A stretch of DNA of 63,423 bases, filler included. It is 4 parts of 4 records of this genome, joined end to end, with 100 filler letters (N's around TTAATTAATTAA, not from the genome) between each part and the next. Parts side by side here need not be neighbours in the genome. Positions count along the whole stretch, not along the records: positions 1 to 31,249 come from SRR2962707_3222; 3 more parts are not named here. One strand, given 5' to 3'. The notes under the pieces were generated by a model, which did not search any database, was not told the DNA's origin, and worked only from the letters and a program-made list of their open reading frames with translations. A program made the position numbers and the translations under genes. Within the stretch, counting starts at the first letter, position 1; each line of letters begins with the position of its first letter. Shown here piece after piece: positions 21,175-30,318 of this stretch.

Positions 21175-21232
21175 TTTCTGATGCTTAAGCGCCATTATTG
21201 AAACTATCCTTTTTTTATGGCGAGTTATCCTT

Positions 21233-21517
21233 ATGTCGAATACTGTTTTTTGCAAAAAGTTCCAAAAAGACATGGAGGCGTTAGATCGCGCACCATTACC
21301 TGGCGCCAAAGGGCAAGAGATTTTACAAACGGTTTCTAAGCAAGCATGGCAAGAGTGGCAGTTGCTGCAAACCATGATGATTAATGAAAAGCAGTTGAAT
21401 CTGATGTTGCCTGAATCGCGTAAGTACGTGATGGAGCAGATGGAGAAATTCTTAAACAATGAGCCGACCGACAAGGTGACAGGCTACGTTAGCCCAGATG
21501 ATATTGTCGAGCTGTAA
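21233..21517 (+). CDS. yggX: Fe(II)-trafficking / oxidative damage protection protein
   Basis: VFCKK...PG..G..I...VSKQAWQEW...QTMMINE. Confidence 0.95.
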   Translation: MSNTVFCKKFQKDMEALDRAPLPGAKGQEILQTVSKQAWQEWQLLQTMMINEKQLNLMLPESRKYVMEQMEKFLNNEPTDKVTGYVSPDDIVEL

Positions 21518-21541
21518 ACTGCAGCGTGCATGACAGCGAAT

Positions 21542-21578
21542 AAAAAGCCGATTCGGAGAAATCTGAATCGGCTTTTTT
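21542..21578. terminator. Bidirectional terminator
   Basis: AAAAAGCCGATTCGGA-GAAA-TCTGAATCGGCTTTTTT. Confidence 0.88.
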
Positions 21579-21604
21579 ACGGCTGAAAGAGCGCGAAAGA
21601 AGGT

Positions 21605-22024
21605 TTATTGGGTTAAAAAACTGGCAAACAGTACGCTTTTCACCGGTTCTTGGTTGGTTTCGGCTTTCATCGCAGCATTAACGGCGACCGCGGCTTCTTC
21701 GCGGGTTTTTTCTCTTGCTTGGGCGCCAGAGACTTGCTCGTCTGTGCGCGAGCTTAAAAACATCACTAAAGCATCGCGTATTAGTGGCATATTGTCTTGA
21801 ATAATGGCTTCATGGGAGACATCTGTTTGCAACGTTATACTGGTCTTAATGTATTTTAGTCGGTTACTGGCGGTTGTGTAATTGACAATAAAGTCTGGGG
21901 TAAGCTCTACGTAAGCAGGTTGAGCGGTGTTTTCCTCGTCGGCGGCCAGAGCAAAGGTGCTGAGCAGAGAGGTCATAATTAAGCTCAGTGCGAAAAATTG
22001 TTTTAAAGGCGTTATCAGTGACAT
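21605..22024 (-). CDS. Stand-alone FliL-like protein
   Basis: YVELTPDFIVNY...LKYIK...PLIRDAL...VLF; signal-like N-terminus. Confidence 0.85.
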   Translation of the reverse strand: MSLITPLKQFFALSLIMTSLLSTFALAADEENTAQPAYVELTPDFIVNYTTASNRLKYIKTSITLQTDVSHEAIIQDNMPLIRDALVMFLSSRTDEQVSGAQAREKTREEAAVAVNAAMKAETNQEPVKSVLFASFLTQ

Positions 22025-22164
22025 TATCTGGTCTCGTACTCGTTTTGATTGTCAGTATACTAACTGGCATTAACGCATTGCGACAGTAGCAAGACGAACT
22101 TTTCCACATTGTCATTGTCCATGCTTTTTTTCAAATTCAATATACTGGAATGTCTGGGATTTAT

Positions 22165-22668
22165 ATGTTTTCTATTTTTTCAGCACGTCGTTTTCATGGT
22201 GTTATTGGGGTGGCGGCTTTTGCTTTGCTAGGCGCAGCGTTTTACATGGAATATCAAATGGACTTGGAACCGTGCCCGTTATGCATGCTCCAGCGTATTG
22301 CTTTCTTATGTATTGGTGTTTTTTCATTGGTTTCTGCGGCGGTATCGAGCGAACGAGTGCGAAAGTGGCTCGCTGGGACCGTTGTCGTATTGTCTGTGTT
22401 GGGTGCGGCGCTGGCCATTCGCCATCTGTATCTGCAAAATTTACCCATTGATGAACTGCCGGCGTGCTTGCCCGGATTAAGTTACATGGTCGATGCTTTT
22501 CCTTGGCAAGATATTGCCAAAGCAATGATCATGGGAACCGGAGATTGTGGCGAGGTGGTATGGACCTTCTTAGGTTTGAGCATTCCTGGTTGGACATTAA
22601 TCGCGTTTATTGGCATGGCGATTGTGAATCTATTTATCGTCTTTCGCCGCATTAATAAGGGCGAATAA
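22165..22668 (+). CDS. dsbB: Disulfide bond formation protein B
   Basis: LEPCPLCMLQR and a second Cys pair (PAC...GDC); four TM segments; alternative start at 22150. Confidence 0.94.
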   Translation: MFSIFSARRFHGVIGVAAFALLGAAFYMEYQMDLEPCPLCMLQRIAFLCIGVFSLVSAAVSSERVRKWLAGTVVVLSVLGAALAIRHLYLQNLPIDELPACLPGLSYMVDAFPWQDIAKAMIMGTGDCGEVVWTFLGLSIPGWTLIAFIGMAIVNLFIVFRRINKGE

Positions 22669-22825
22669 CAGGGCTTCGAAACGTTACAAATCCTTTAATT
22701 GAGTTGCTTGCAGGGGGTAAACGTTCGGAATATGCTTGAGACAAAGCTTTATTAGGGCATTATGTTACTGACCATTAGCGAGAAGTGTATTGAAAACTCG
22801 TTATCGCAAGAATGGAGCCATTATT

Positions 22826-23296
22826 ATGTTAGAGCGATGTAAGACAGCACAAGAACGATGGGGTGGAGTTCATGAGATCATTGACCGTTGGCTAGCACAG
22901 CGTCGTCAACTGATTGAAGCGGGTATGCAGCTGCGTGAGCGTGGCGAGTACACACCAACAGACACCCCTAAAATCCAAGCCTTTTGTGAGTTGCTTGTGG
23001 ATTATGTATCGGTGGGGCATTTTAATGTATACGAACAACTTGCACTGGAAGCAAAAGACTTTCGTGATGATCATGCTTTAACGCTGCTAAAAGAGTTGTT
23101 ACCTGAAATTGATGGTACTACTCAGCTGGCGCTTGAGTTCAATGATAAATACGACACGAAAGAGCATTGTAATGGACAATTAGAAGCGCTTTTATTTTCG
23201 TTGCAGGCGTTAAGTGTCATTATGGCAGAATGTTTTGAATACGAAGATAGACTGATCAAGGAACTCCATGAAGCTCATAGCGAACAAAGCACTTAA
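22826..23296 (+). CDS. rsd: Anti-sigma70 factor Rsd/AlgQ
   Basis: MLERCKTAQERWGGVHEIIDRWL, FCELLVDYVSVGHF, EDRLI; GGAG RBS. Confidence 0.93.
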   Translation: MLERCKTAQERWGGVHEIIDRWLAQRRQLIEAGMQLRERGEYTPTDTPKIQAFCELLVDYVSVGHFNVYEQLALEAKDFRDDHALTLLKELLPEIDGTTQLALEFNDKYDTKEHCNGQLEALLFSLQALSVIMAECFEYEDRLIKELHEAHSEQST

Positions 23297-24254
23297 GCTA
23301 GGTGCTGTTATCGGCACGGCCGCAATGCTGCTGTCGTGTTCTGCTAAATCGCCGGAACGAACCGCAGAGTATGCGGTTCAAGGCCTTTACTCTGCTGCAC
23401 TTAGTAATGATGGCAGTGCGGCCCTCGTTGGCTCTATACAGCATGGGGGTAGTTATTGGACCACGGCGTTAAACGACCGTCGTTTCAATTGGAATCATGC
23501 GAAAGGCGAATACACCTCTTTAATTAGTGTCGATATTGATCCGACCAATGCGTTCGCCGCGACCGGATCAGCTCGCACCCTAGTGTTATGGAATACCAGC
23601 AGCGGCCAGTCGGCTGGCTTCTGGAATACCCCAGGTGACATCAAATCTCTAAAGCTAACCAATAATGGTGATTACGCCTTGTTAGGGTTAGATGATCAAA
23701 CTGCACGTTATTTTGATGTGAAAAATGGCGGCATTAAACAAACCTTTCGAACCGGCGCGATTGTGCGATCTGTGGATGTTTCCCCTGATGGACGATTGGG
23801 GCTAACCGGAGACGATAATCGCCAAGTCATCCTATGGGATACCCAGACGGGTGAGAAAAAATTCAGTTGGTTGTTGAGCAATCGTATCTCGACAGTGGCT
23901 TTATCAGCAGATGGAAAATACGCATTTGGCGCCGCACAACTGGGTAATGCCAAAGTCTGGTCAACGCTTACCGGCAGAGAAATCGCTTTAATAGACACAG
24001 GCAGTCTAGATAAGCGCCAAAACACCATTAGCCAAGCGGTCTTTTCAGCGGATGATAGAAAATTGTTACTTGGTGGCATTAACCGTCGTGTATCCTTACG
24101 AGACATCAGCAGTGGCGAAGTGCTGCAAGAATGGGACTTGTATCTTAAAGAGGCGTTACGCCCAACAGGGTCAAGTGTGTTGGCGTTATCCTATGGTAAA
24201 GACGGACGTTATTACGCGATTGGCAGTAATGGCTACCTTAATGTATTGGAATAA
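23268..24254 (+). CDS. WD40-repeat lipoprotein
   Basis: Lipobox LLSC and repeated WD-like blades (LVLWN, RYFD, ILWD, KVWS, EWD). Confidence 0.88.
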   Translation: MKLIANKALKLGAVIGTAAMLLSCSAKSPERTAEYAVQGLYSAALSNDGSAALVGSIQHGGSYWTTALNDRRFNWNHAKGEYTSLISVDIDPTNAFAATGSARTLVLWNTSSGQSAGFWNTPGDIKSLKLTNNGDYALLGLDDQTARYFDVKNGGIKQTFRTGAIVRSVDVSPDGRLGLTGDDNRQVILWDTQTGEKKFSWLLSNRISTVALSADGKYAFGAAQLGNAKVWSTLTGREIALIDTGSLDKRQNTISQAVFSADDRKLLLGGINRRVSLRDISSGEVLQEWDLYLKEALRPTGSSVLALSYGKDGRYYAIGSNGYLNVLE

Positions 24255-24294
24255 CGATTTTTTTAAATCACGAATCTATTGGAACAAATAGCTC

Positions 24295-24696
24295 ATGCTT
24301 TCTTTCCCTGCAAAATGGGCATCGTTGGCGGCCTTGCAAGGCCTTCTTTCGGTCGCTGCTGGTGCGTTTGGTGCCCACGCTTTAAGTCATCTTCTCGACG
24401 CAAACGCATTAAGCTGGTGGCATACCGCTAGTCAATATTTGATGTACCATGCGTTAGCAGGCTTATTGGCGGCTGCGCTGGCAAGTTATCTTCCTGCCGC
24501 GAAAAAAATCATTATTCTGTTTGTGGTAGGCAATACCATCTTTTCTGGTAGTCTCTATATTATGGCGCTGACAGGTGTCTTGTGGTTAGGTGCCATTACG
24601 CCGATTGGCGGCACATGTTATTTGCTAGGCTGGTTTTTCCTGACAAAATCCCTGTGGCAATGGCAAACTAACAAACAAGAGCCTGAGACTAAGTAA
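24295..24696 (+). CDS. DUF423 (YgdD/TMEM256) membrane protein
   Basis: GAFGAH, YLMYHAL, FSGSLY, GAITPIGG. Confidence 0.93.
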   Translation: MLSFPAKWASLAALQGLLSVAAGAFGAHALSHLLDANALSWWHTASQYLMYHALAGLLAAALASYLPAAKKIIILFVVGNTIFSGSLYIMALTGVLWLGAITPIGGTCYLLGWFFLTKSLWQWQTNKQEPETK

Positions 24697-24808
24697 AGCG
24701 CAAAGCAGGACATCAAGATTAAATTCCGGTAGGATAGCCGCCAAAATTCACGGTCGATCAAAAAATGTTCGATAGTCTGTTTCCGCTAAAGTGGCACGAA
24801 TCAAAATC

Positions 24809-25591
24809 ATGCAAGATCCAATGACTGACAATCCTATGTTAGAAAACCAAGAGCTAGAAAGCCAAGAGCAAGAAAACCAAACTCCAGAAGCGCAAGCACA
24901 AGAGAATCCAGAGCCTATCAAAAAGCGCACGATTCGTAGCTTTGTGGTGCGTGGCGGTCGTATGACCGAAGGCCAACAGAAGAACTACGACGCTAACTGG
25001 GCGTTTTATGGTCTTGAGCTAGCCGATGGACGAATTGATTACCAAACTACCTTTGGACGTCAGTCAGACGTTGTCATTGAAGTGGGCTTTGGTATGGGCG
25101 CATCTTTGGTTGAAATGGCCAAAAAAGCGCCAGAAAAAGACTTTATTGGTATCGAAGTTCACCCGCCTGGGGTTGCAAAACTGATGATGCTGGCACAAGA
25201 AGAAGGGCTTAAAAACCTGCGAGTATATTGTGACGACGCCATTGAGGTCATGGCTTCTTGTTTGCCTGAGCAAGCCGCGAGTGCCTTTCAGTTGTTCTTC
25301 CCTGATCCTTGGCACAAGAAAAAGCACAACAAACGTCGCATTGTGCAGCCTTTGTTTGCTCAGCAAGTAGCCAATGTACTGAAAGAAGATGGCTACTTTC
25401 ATATGGCGACCGACTGGGAACCTTATGCAGAGCACATGCTAGAAGTAATGGAAGCCCAGGAAAATTACAGCAATGCCGCGGGCAAAGGGAACTATCACCC
25501 TCGCCCAGAATGGCGCCCGCTAACCAAATTCGAACAACGCGGTGAGCGTCTTGGTCACGGTGTCTGGGATTTGATTTATAAAAAGCAATAA
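24809..25591 (+). CDS. trmB: tRNA (guanine-N7)-methyltransferase
   Basis: [35 protein letters not shown]; start uncertain (24791/24809/24821). Confidence 0.97.
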   Translation: MQDPMTDNPMLENQELESQEQENQTPEAQAQENPEPIKKRTIRSFVVRGGRMTEGQQKNYDANWAFYGLELADGRIDYQTTFGRQSDVVIEVGFGMGASLVEMAKKAPEKDFIGIEVHPPGVAKLMMLAQEEGLKNLRVYCDDAIEVMASCLPEQAASAFQLFFPDPWHKKKHNKRRIVQPLFAQQVANVLKEDGYFHMATDWEPYAEHMLEVMEAQENYSNAAGKGNYHPRPEWRPLTKFEQRGERLGHGVWDLIYKKQ

Positions 25592-25619
25592 AGACTAACA
25601 ACAACTAAAGGATGAGAGA

Positions 25620-26303
25620 ATGACTGAAGTGCAAAACCCTAAACAACGTCAGAATGATGACGAAATAGATTTAGTAGAGCTTATTCTGGAACTATGGAAA
25701 GGCAAGATGCTAATACTGGCTTTTGTCGTTGTTTGTTTTTGTCTGGGCTTTGTTTACGTTAAAGGGGTTGCCAAAACGCAATTCACTGTATCGACTGGTT
25801 ACACTGTTAATCTCTTTTCCGGTGAAGTGTTTAGTCTTTGCAGGCAGGATCAAAGATGTTTAGATGGTCGAGTTGCTCATCAATACAGTAATGAGTTGGC
25901 AGGAAACTGGTCCATTGATGATAGGTCATCAACATTAACCCAGCATATTGGCGCAGCTCCTCAAAATCTTAACACTTACTCATCTGATTTAGAAAAAGCG
26001 AACGATAAGCTTACCCAGTCTTTCTTACAGAGTGCAAAAGAAGAGTTGGCAATAGTGACTAGCTTATCTTCTGATTTGCGTAACACTGAGACGGTCGCAG
26101 AAAGTGTGTTGCACGCCAAAAGAATGATCTATCAGATCGAAAATGGCAAAATGAAAGCATTGACGTTAACAACACCTGTAGTGCAGAAAAAGTCGCCTAA
26201 AGTGGCTTTGATCCTTGTGATTAGTGTGTTACTAGGTGGTATGTTGGGTGTGTTTGCAGTACTGATGAAAAAATTTGTTGCTGAGCTAAAAAGCAGAAGC
26301 TAA
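25620..26303 (+). CDS. Short Wzz/FepE-like polysaccharide co-polymerase
   Basis: DDEIDLVELILELWKGK plus TM1; C-terminal SPKVALILVISVLLGGMLG (Pro-rich motif plus TM2). Confidence 0.85.
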   Translation: MTEVQNPKQRQNDDEIDLVELILELWKGKMLILAFVVVCFCLGFVYVKGVAKTQFTVSTGYTVNLFSGEVFSLCRQDQRCLDGRVAHQYSNELAGNWSIDDRSSTLTQHIGAAPQNLNTYSSDLEKANDKLTQSFLQSAKEELAIVTSLSSDLRNTETVAESVLHAKRMIYQIENGKMKALTLTTPVVQKKSPKVALILVISVLLGGMLGVFAVLMKKFVAELKSRS

Positions 26304-26329
26304 TAGTACTGGTACATATTGAAGACAAT

Positions 26330-26355
26330 AAAAAAGCGGCCTAGGCCGCTTTTTT
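26330..26355. terminator. Bidirectional terminator wzz/hns
   Basis: Perfect palindrome AAAAAAGCGGCCTAGGCCGCTTTTTT. Confidence 0.88.
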
Positions 26356-26376
26356 ATGCAATATGAGAAAGTGAGA

Positions 26377-26775
26377 TTATTTGATCTCAACACTCTCACG
26401 GCTGTTACCCGCATCAAAGTATTCTTGGAATACTTTTGGTGTGCGGCCACGGCCAGTCCACTCGTGAACGTCACCATTTACTTCTAAACGGTATTTAGGC
26501 TCAACAGTTTTGCCTTTGTTGGCACTGTTTTTTGGCGTGCTTAGTAGGGCAACTTCTTCCATTGTTAAGCCGCTTTTTGCGATTAGAAGTGCGATCTCTT
26601 CTGCACGAGCCGCTTTTTCAGCTTCTTCGGCTAGTCGAGCGCTTTCTTCTTCTTTTACTTTGTCTAGTGCGTTAGTAAAACCAGCAATTAGGTTTTCTAG
26701 TTGAGCAACGGTTAGCTCTTTTGCTGCTGCGCGTGCTTTTGCTTTATTGCTTGCTAGTTCAAGTAATAAACTCAT
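26377..26775 (-). CDS. hns: H-NS family nucleoid protein
   Basis: N-terminal coiled coil and C-terminal PKY...WTGRGRTP DNA-binding motif; AGAGGA RBS. Confidence 0.92.
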   Translation of the reverse strand: MSLLLELASNKAKARAAAKELTVAQLENLIAGFTNALDKVKEEESARLAEEAEKAARAEEIALLIAKSGLTMEEVALLSTPKNSANKGKTVEPKYRLEVNGDVHEWTGRGRTPKVFQEYFDAGNSRESVEIK

Positions 26776-27208
26776 AAGTATCCTCTAATGTATCTGTTAA
26801 AAACGGGTTGTTGTGTGTACTACACCGAAAAAGAGATTCATCCTTACACTCAATAAGTGTCGAAACGGTACTACTTGTTTGAACGACCAGAGGCGGTGGG
26901 AGTGAGTTATCTGTATCTGCTTTTGTGTCGCAAGCGGATAGTGGAAAATCACCTCGTTCTTTCTCTAGTATTAAAAAGCGGTTTAGCTTTCTTCTTTTTT
27001 CGCATATTAGGATGAAAGTAAATGTTGTATTGTTATCTTAATCATAAGAAAGATAATCGATCATCCGTGTGTGAGATATTATCAATACAGTTTGGACAAT
27101 ATTCATACTAATTCAAGTTTTACCCGTGAATTCTAATGAAAAAAAACAAAACATGCGAACATAATAATCTGTTATGACTTCTGTAAAGTGTAAAAAATAG
27201 GGCAAATA

Positions 27209-29383
27209 ATGAGATGTCTTGCGAATAGTTTAAGTAGAGAGTTTTCTATAGCGGAAAAATACGCCAAGAATATATTAGCTTTGTTTGAAGATGGCGCGAC
27301 TGTGCCCTTTATCGCTCGCTACCGAAAAGAAAGTAGTGGCGGAATGCTGGATGTGGATTTAAGGCGTTTTCATGCGCGCTGGCAATATCTAGTTGAGCTA
27401 GAAAAACGTCGAGATTCAATTCTAGCGACACTCGAAAAGCACCCCAGTTGCCCACAAAGCGTCATGCTTAAGATAAAACGAGCCACGACAAAATCAGAGC
27501 TAGAAGATCTCTTCGCCCCATTCAAGAGTACGCGTAAGAGCAAAGCGACTGAAGCGGCGGAGTTAGGGCTAACGCCTTTAGCAGAAGCCCTGTGGGCTGG
27601 TGTGCTGTCAGAGAGGTCGAAAGACATCTCAGAGTGGTTGGCGTCGTCTAATGTGTCGTTAGGGGCCAAAGAGGCTTTAGAGGGCGCGCGAGAAATCATT
27701 ATAGAAACCCTGTCTCTCGATGCAGATCTTTTGAAACAAGGTCGAGAACTCTTGTTATCGAAAGGGCAAATGCAGAGTAAATTGGTACGTGGTAAGAAAG
27801 AGATCGGTGAAAAATATCGAGACTATTTTGAATATAGCGAAGCCGTTAGAAAGATGCCTTCACATCGAGTATTGGCATTATTTCGAGGAAAGAAAGAAAG
27901 CATTTTAAAGCTTAGCATACTGCTTTTGAATGAAGAAAGTGAGCTGTCCAGATTGAACCTTTCTCATTTGCTAGGCCTTTTTAACGCTCAAAAAAATGAG
28001 AAAAATGTCGCTTTTTGTAAGTTAAATGTAAAGCAGAAAGAGTATTTACTACTCGCTTGGGATAAAAAGATCCATTCTAAATTAGAAAGCGATATTTTTT
28101 CTATTTTAAAAGAGCAAGCGGAAGAGGGGGCGATTAATGTCTTCGCGAATAATTTAAACGATTTATTAATGTCTGCTCCGGCGGGAGCCCATCGGGTGAT
28201 TGGTGTTGACCCTGGGTTTCGTAATGGGGTGAAACTGGCGGTTATTAATGAGTTGGGTGACGTGATTGATCATGGGGTTATTTACCCATTTACTTCTGAG
28301 TCACAGAAAGACAAAGCGATGGCTAGGTTACTGGATCTCATCAAGCAGCATAAGGTGGCCTGGCTCGCTATCGGTAATGGCACAGCCTCGCGTGAAACAG
28401 AGCAATTGGTAAATCAGCTGATTCAACAAGAAAATCTAACCTGTCGCGCAGCGGTTATTAGTGAAGCAGGGGCGTCTGTGTATTCGGCGTCGGACGTGGC
28501 GATAAACGAATTTCCTGATTTAGACGTCACTATTCGCGGCGCCATTTCTATTGCTCGTCGTTTTCAAGATCCATTGGCAGAGTTGGTGAAAATCGACCCT
28601 CAAGCGATAGGGGTAGGTCAGTATCAGCATGATGTGAAGCCTGCGCAATTAGCGAGTTCGCTCACGAATGTGGTAGAGGACTGTGTGAATAAAGTGGGCG
28701 TGGATGTGAACTTGGCGTCGGCTTCCTTGTTGTCTTATGTGGCAGGGTTAACGAAACGCATGGCGCAAAATATCGTGGAGTATCGTCGTCAGAAAGGGCG
28801 AATAGAGAGTCGAGAAGAGCTGTTAAAAGTAAAAGGCATTGGTGCGAAGGCGTTTGAGCAGTGCGCGGGCTTTTTAAGAGTGTTGAATGGGCGTGAGGTA
28901 TTAGACAGTTCTGGCGTTCACCCTGAATCGTATCCTTTAGTACGCTCGATGGCTCAAGCGATGAGTACTCAGGTAGATAAGTTGTTAGACAATGGGACTG
29001 CTGTTAATCAGCTACAACTTAAGTTTGCCGATTTTTTGGGGGTCGACCGTTATACCTTTGATGATACCCTGAAAGAGTTGGCTAAGCCTGGCCGAGACCC
29101 TAGACCTGAGTTTCGTTATGCCGAGTTTGATCAAAGCGTACAGTCTATGTCCGACTTAGTGGAAGGCATGTCGCTGGAAGGCGTGGTGACCAATGTGGCC
29201 GCCTTTGGTGCCTTTGTGGATATCGGTGTGCATCAGGATGGTTTGATCCACATTTCTCAATTGGCAGATCGTTTCGTCAAAGACCCAAGGGATCTTGTTC
29301 GAGTGGGCCAAGTGATCAAGGTCACTGTGTTAGAAGTGGATGAAAAGCGGAAGAGAATCAGCTTGAAAGCCACAGGGCTTTAA
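27209..29383 (+). CDS. tex: Tex/YhgF transcription accessory protein
   Basis: GATVPFIARYRKE, GVDPGFRNGVK, EAGASVYSAS, IGVGQYQHD, HhH, C-terminal S1 domain. Confidence 0.95.
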   Translation: MRCLANSLSREFSIAEKYAKNILALFEDGATVPFIARYRKESSGGMLDVDLRRFHARWQYLVELEKRRDSILATLEKHPSCPQSVMLKIKRATTKSELEDLFAPFKSTRKSKATEAAELGLTPLAEALWAGVLSERSKDISEWLASSNVSLGAKEALEGAREIIIETLSLDADLLKQGRELLLSKGQMQSKLVRGKKEIGEKYRDYFEYSEAVRKMPSHRVLALFRGKKESILKLSILLLNEESELSRLNLSHLLGLFNAQKNEKNVAFCKLNVKQKEYLLLAWDKKIHSKLESDIFSILKEQAEEGAINVFANNLNDLLMSAPAGAHRVIGVDPGFRNGVKLAVINELGDVIDHGVIYPFTSESQKDKAMARLLDLIKQHKVAWLAIGNGTASRETEQLVNQLIQQENLTCRAAVISEAGASVYSASDVAINEFPDLDVTIRGAISIARRFQDPLAELVKIDPQAIGVGQYQHDVKPAQLASSLTNVVEDCVNKVGVDVNLASASLLSYVAGLTKRMAQNIVEYRRQKGRIESREELLKVKGIGAKAFEQCAGFLRVLNGREVLDSSGVHPESYPLVRSMAQAMSTQVDKLLDNGTAVNQLQLKFADFLGVDRYTFDDTLKELAKPGRDPRPEFRYAEFDQSVQSMSDLVEGMSLEGVVTNVAAFGAFVDIGVHQDGLIHISQLADRFVKDPRDLVRVGQVIKVTVLEVDEKRKRISLKATGL

Positions 29384-29413
29384 ATAGCTAGCGCAGCGAC
29401 AGAGAGTAATTGG

Positions 29414-29483
29414 CAGATAACTTAAAACAGATACCTAAAAACAGATACCTAAAAACAGATAGCCAAAAGCAGAAAACAAAAAA
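29414..29483 (+). repeat. 14-bp tandem repeat, five copies (two identical)
   Basis: CAGA(T/A)A starts at 29414, 29428, 29442, 29456 and 29470; consensus CAGATACCTAAAAA. Confidence 0.85.
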
Positions 29484-29519
29484 CCGATTGGGCGTTTGAG
29501 GCGCCACAATCGGTTTTTT
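29478..29519. terminator. Bidirectional terminator tex/azoR
   Basis: AAAAAACCGATTG-GGCGTTTGAGGCGCCA-CAATCGGTTTTTT. Confidence 0.85.
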
Positions 29520-29560
29520 GTGCTTATAGGATTTATAAGGGAAAACCCTATGAGCCCGTT

Positions 29561-30154
29561 TTATAGCGCCGCAGCAATCTCTGCTTTTGCTTTATTAAAG
29601 GCTTCAACACCAGGCTCACCCATAGATTGGCCGCCAGCAACAAAACTGTCTTTCACCGTTAAACCAAGGAAGGACAGGAAGGTTTTTAAGTAAGGCAGTT
29701 GGTGATCCATTGGAGAATCCGTTAGGAAGCTGCCGCTGGCAGAGAATAAATACGCGTCTTTGCTAAGCAGACCAACAGGACCTGTCTCCGTGTATTTAAA
29801 GGTACGACCAGCACGAGAAATATAATCAAAGTAAGACTTTAAGGTAGAAGGAATGCTGAAATTATAGATAGGGGCTGAGATGGCAATAACGTCAGCGGCT
29901 TCTAGCTCTTCGATGAGTTCGTCACCAAGCGCAACAATAGCTTGTTGTGCTGGGCTGCGATCTTCGGCAGGGGTAAACAGTGCGCCCAATGTCTCGCTCG
30001 TAAAGTGCGGTAGCGGGTTTGCATTAACATCACGAACCACCACAGTGCCGTTTGGGTTTTTCGCTAACCATTGCTCAACGAATTCATCGGCCAATTGGCG
30101 AGATTTAGAGTTTTCGCCAGAGGCACTAGAATCAATGCGTAATAAAGTCGTCAT
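29561..30154 (-). CDS. azoR: FMN-dependent NADH:quinone oxidoreductase / azoreductase
   Basis: IDSSA...SRQL, PIYNFSIPSTLKSYFD, RAGRTFKYT..GPVG. Confidence 0.93.
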   Translation of the reverse strand: MTTLLRIDSSASGENSKSRQLADEFVEQWLAKNPNGTVVVRDVNANPLPHFTSETLGALFTPAEDRSPAQQAIVALGDELIEELEAADVIAISAPIYNFSIPSTLKSYFDYISRAGRTFKYTETGPVGLLSKDAYLFSASGSFLTDSPMDHQLPYLKTFLSFLGLTVKDSFVAGGQSMGEPGVEAFNKAKAEIAAAL

Positions 30155-30222
30155 GTATCATTCTCCAAAATTGTTTTTAAGCTGAATTGATCAGCGGTGT
30201 GACGGAATGGAGTGATAATAGA

Positions 30223-30280
30223 ACCAGATTATTCGATAAAAAAGCGCATTATTTAGCAGATATATATCTAAAAATACGAT
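30223..30280. promoter_or_regulatory. LysR-type operator between azoR and the LysR gene
   Basis: ATC-N9-GAT (T-N11-A) at 30266-30280 and a degenerate ACC-N9-GAT at 30223-30237. Confidence 0.55.
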
Positions 30281-30318
30281 AAATTCAATGAATCAAAACT
30301 TCAGAATGGACATCGCTA

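Noticed and set aside
24830..24915. Quasi-repeats (CAAGAG/GAAAACCAA) at the trmB 5' end
   Set aside because: They encode a low-complexity Gln/Glu N-terminal extension, not an independent repeat element.
29414..29483. Possible mini-CRISPR
   Set aside because: The units are 14 bp and contiguous with no unique spacers, and no cas genes are present.
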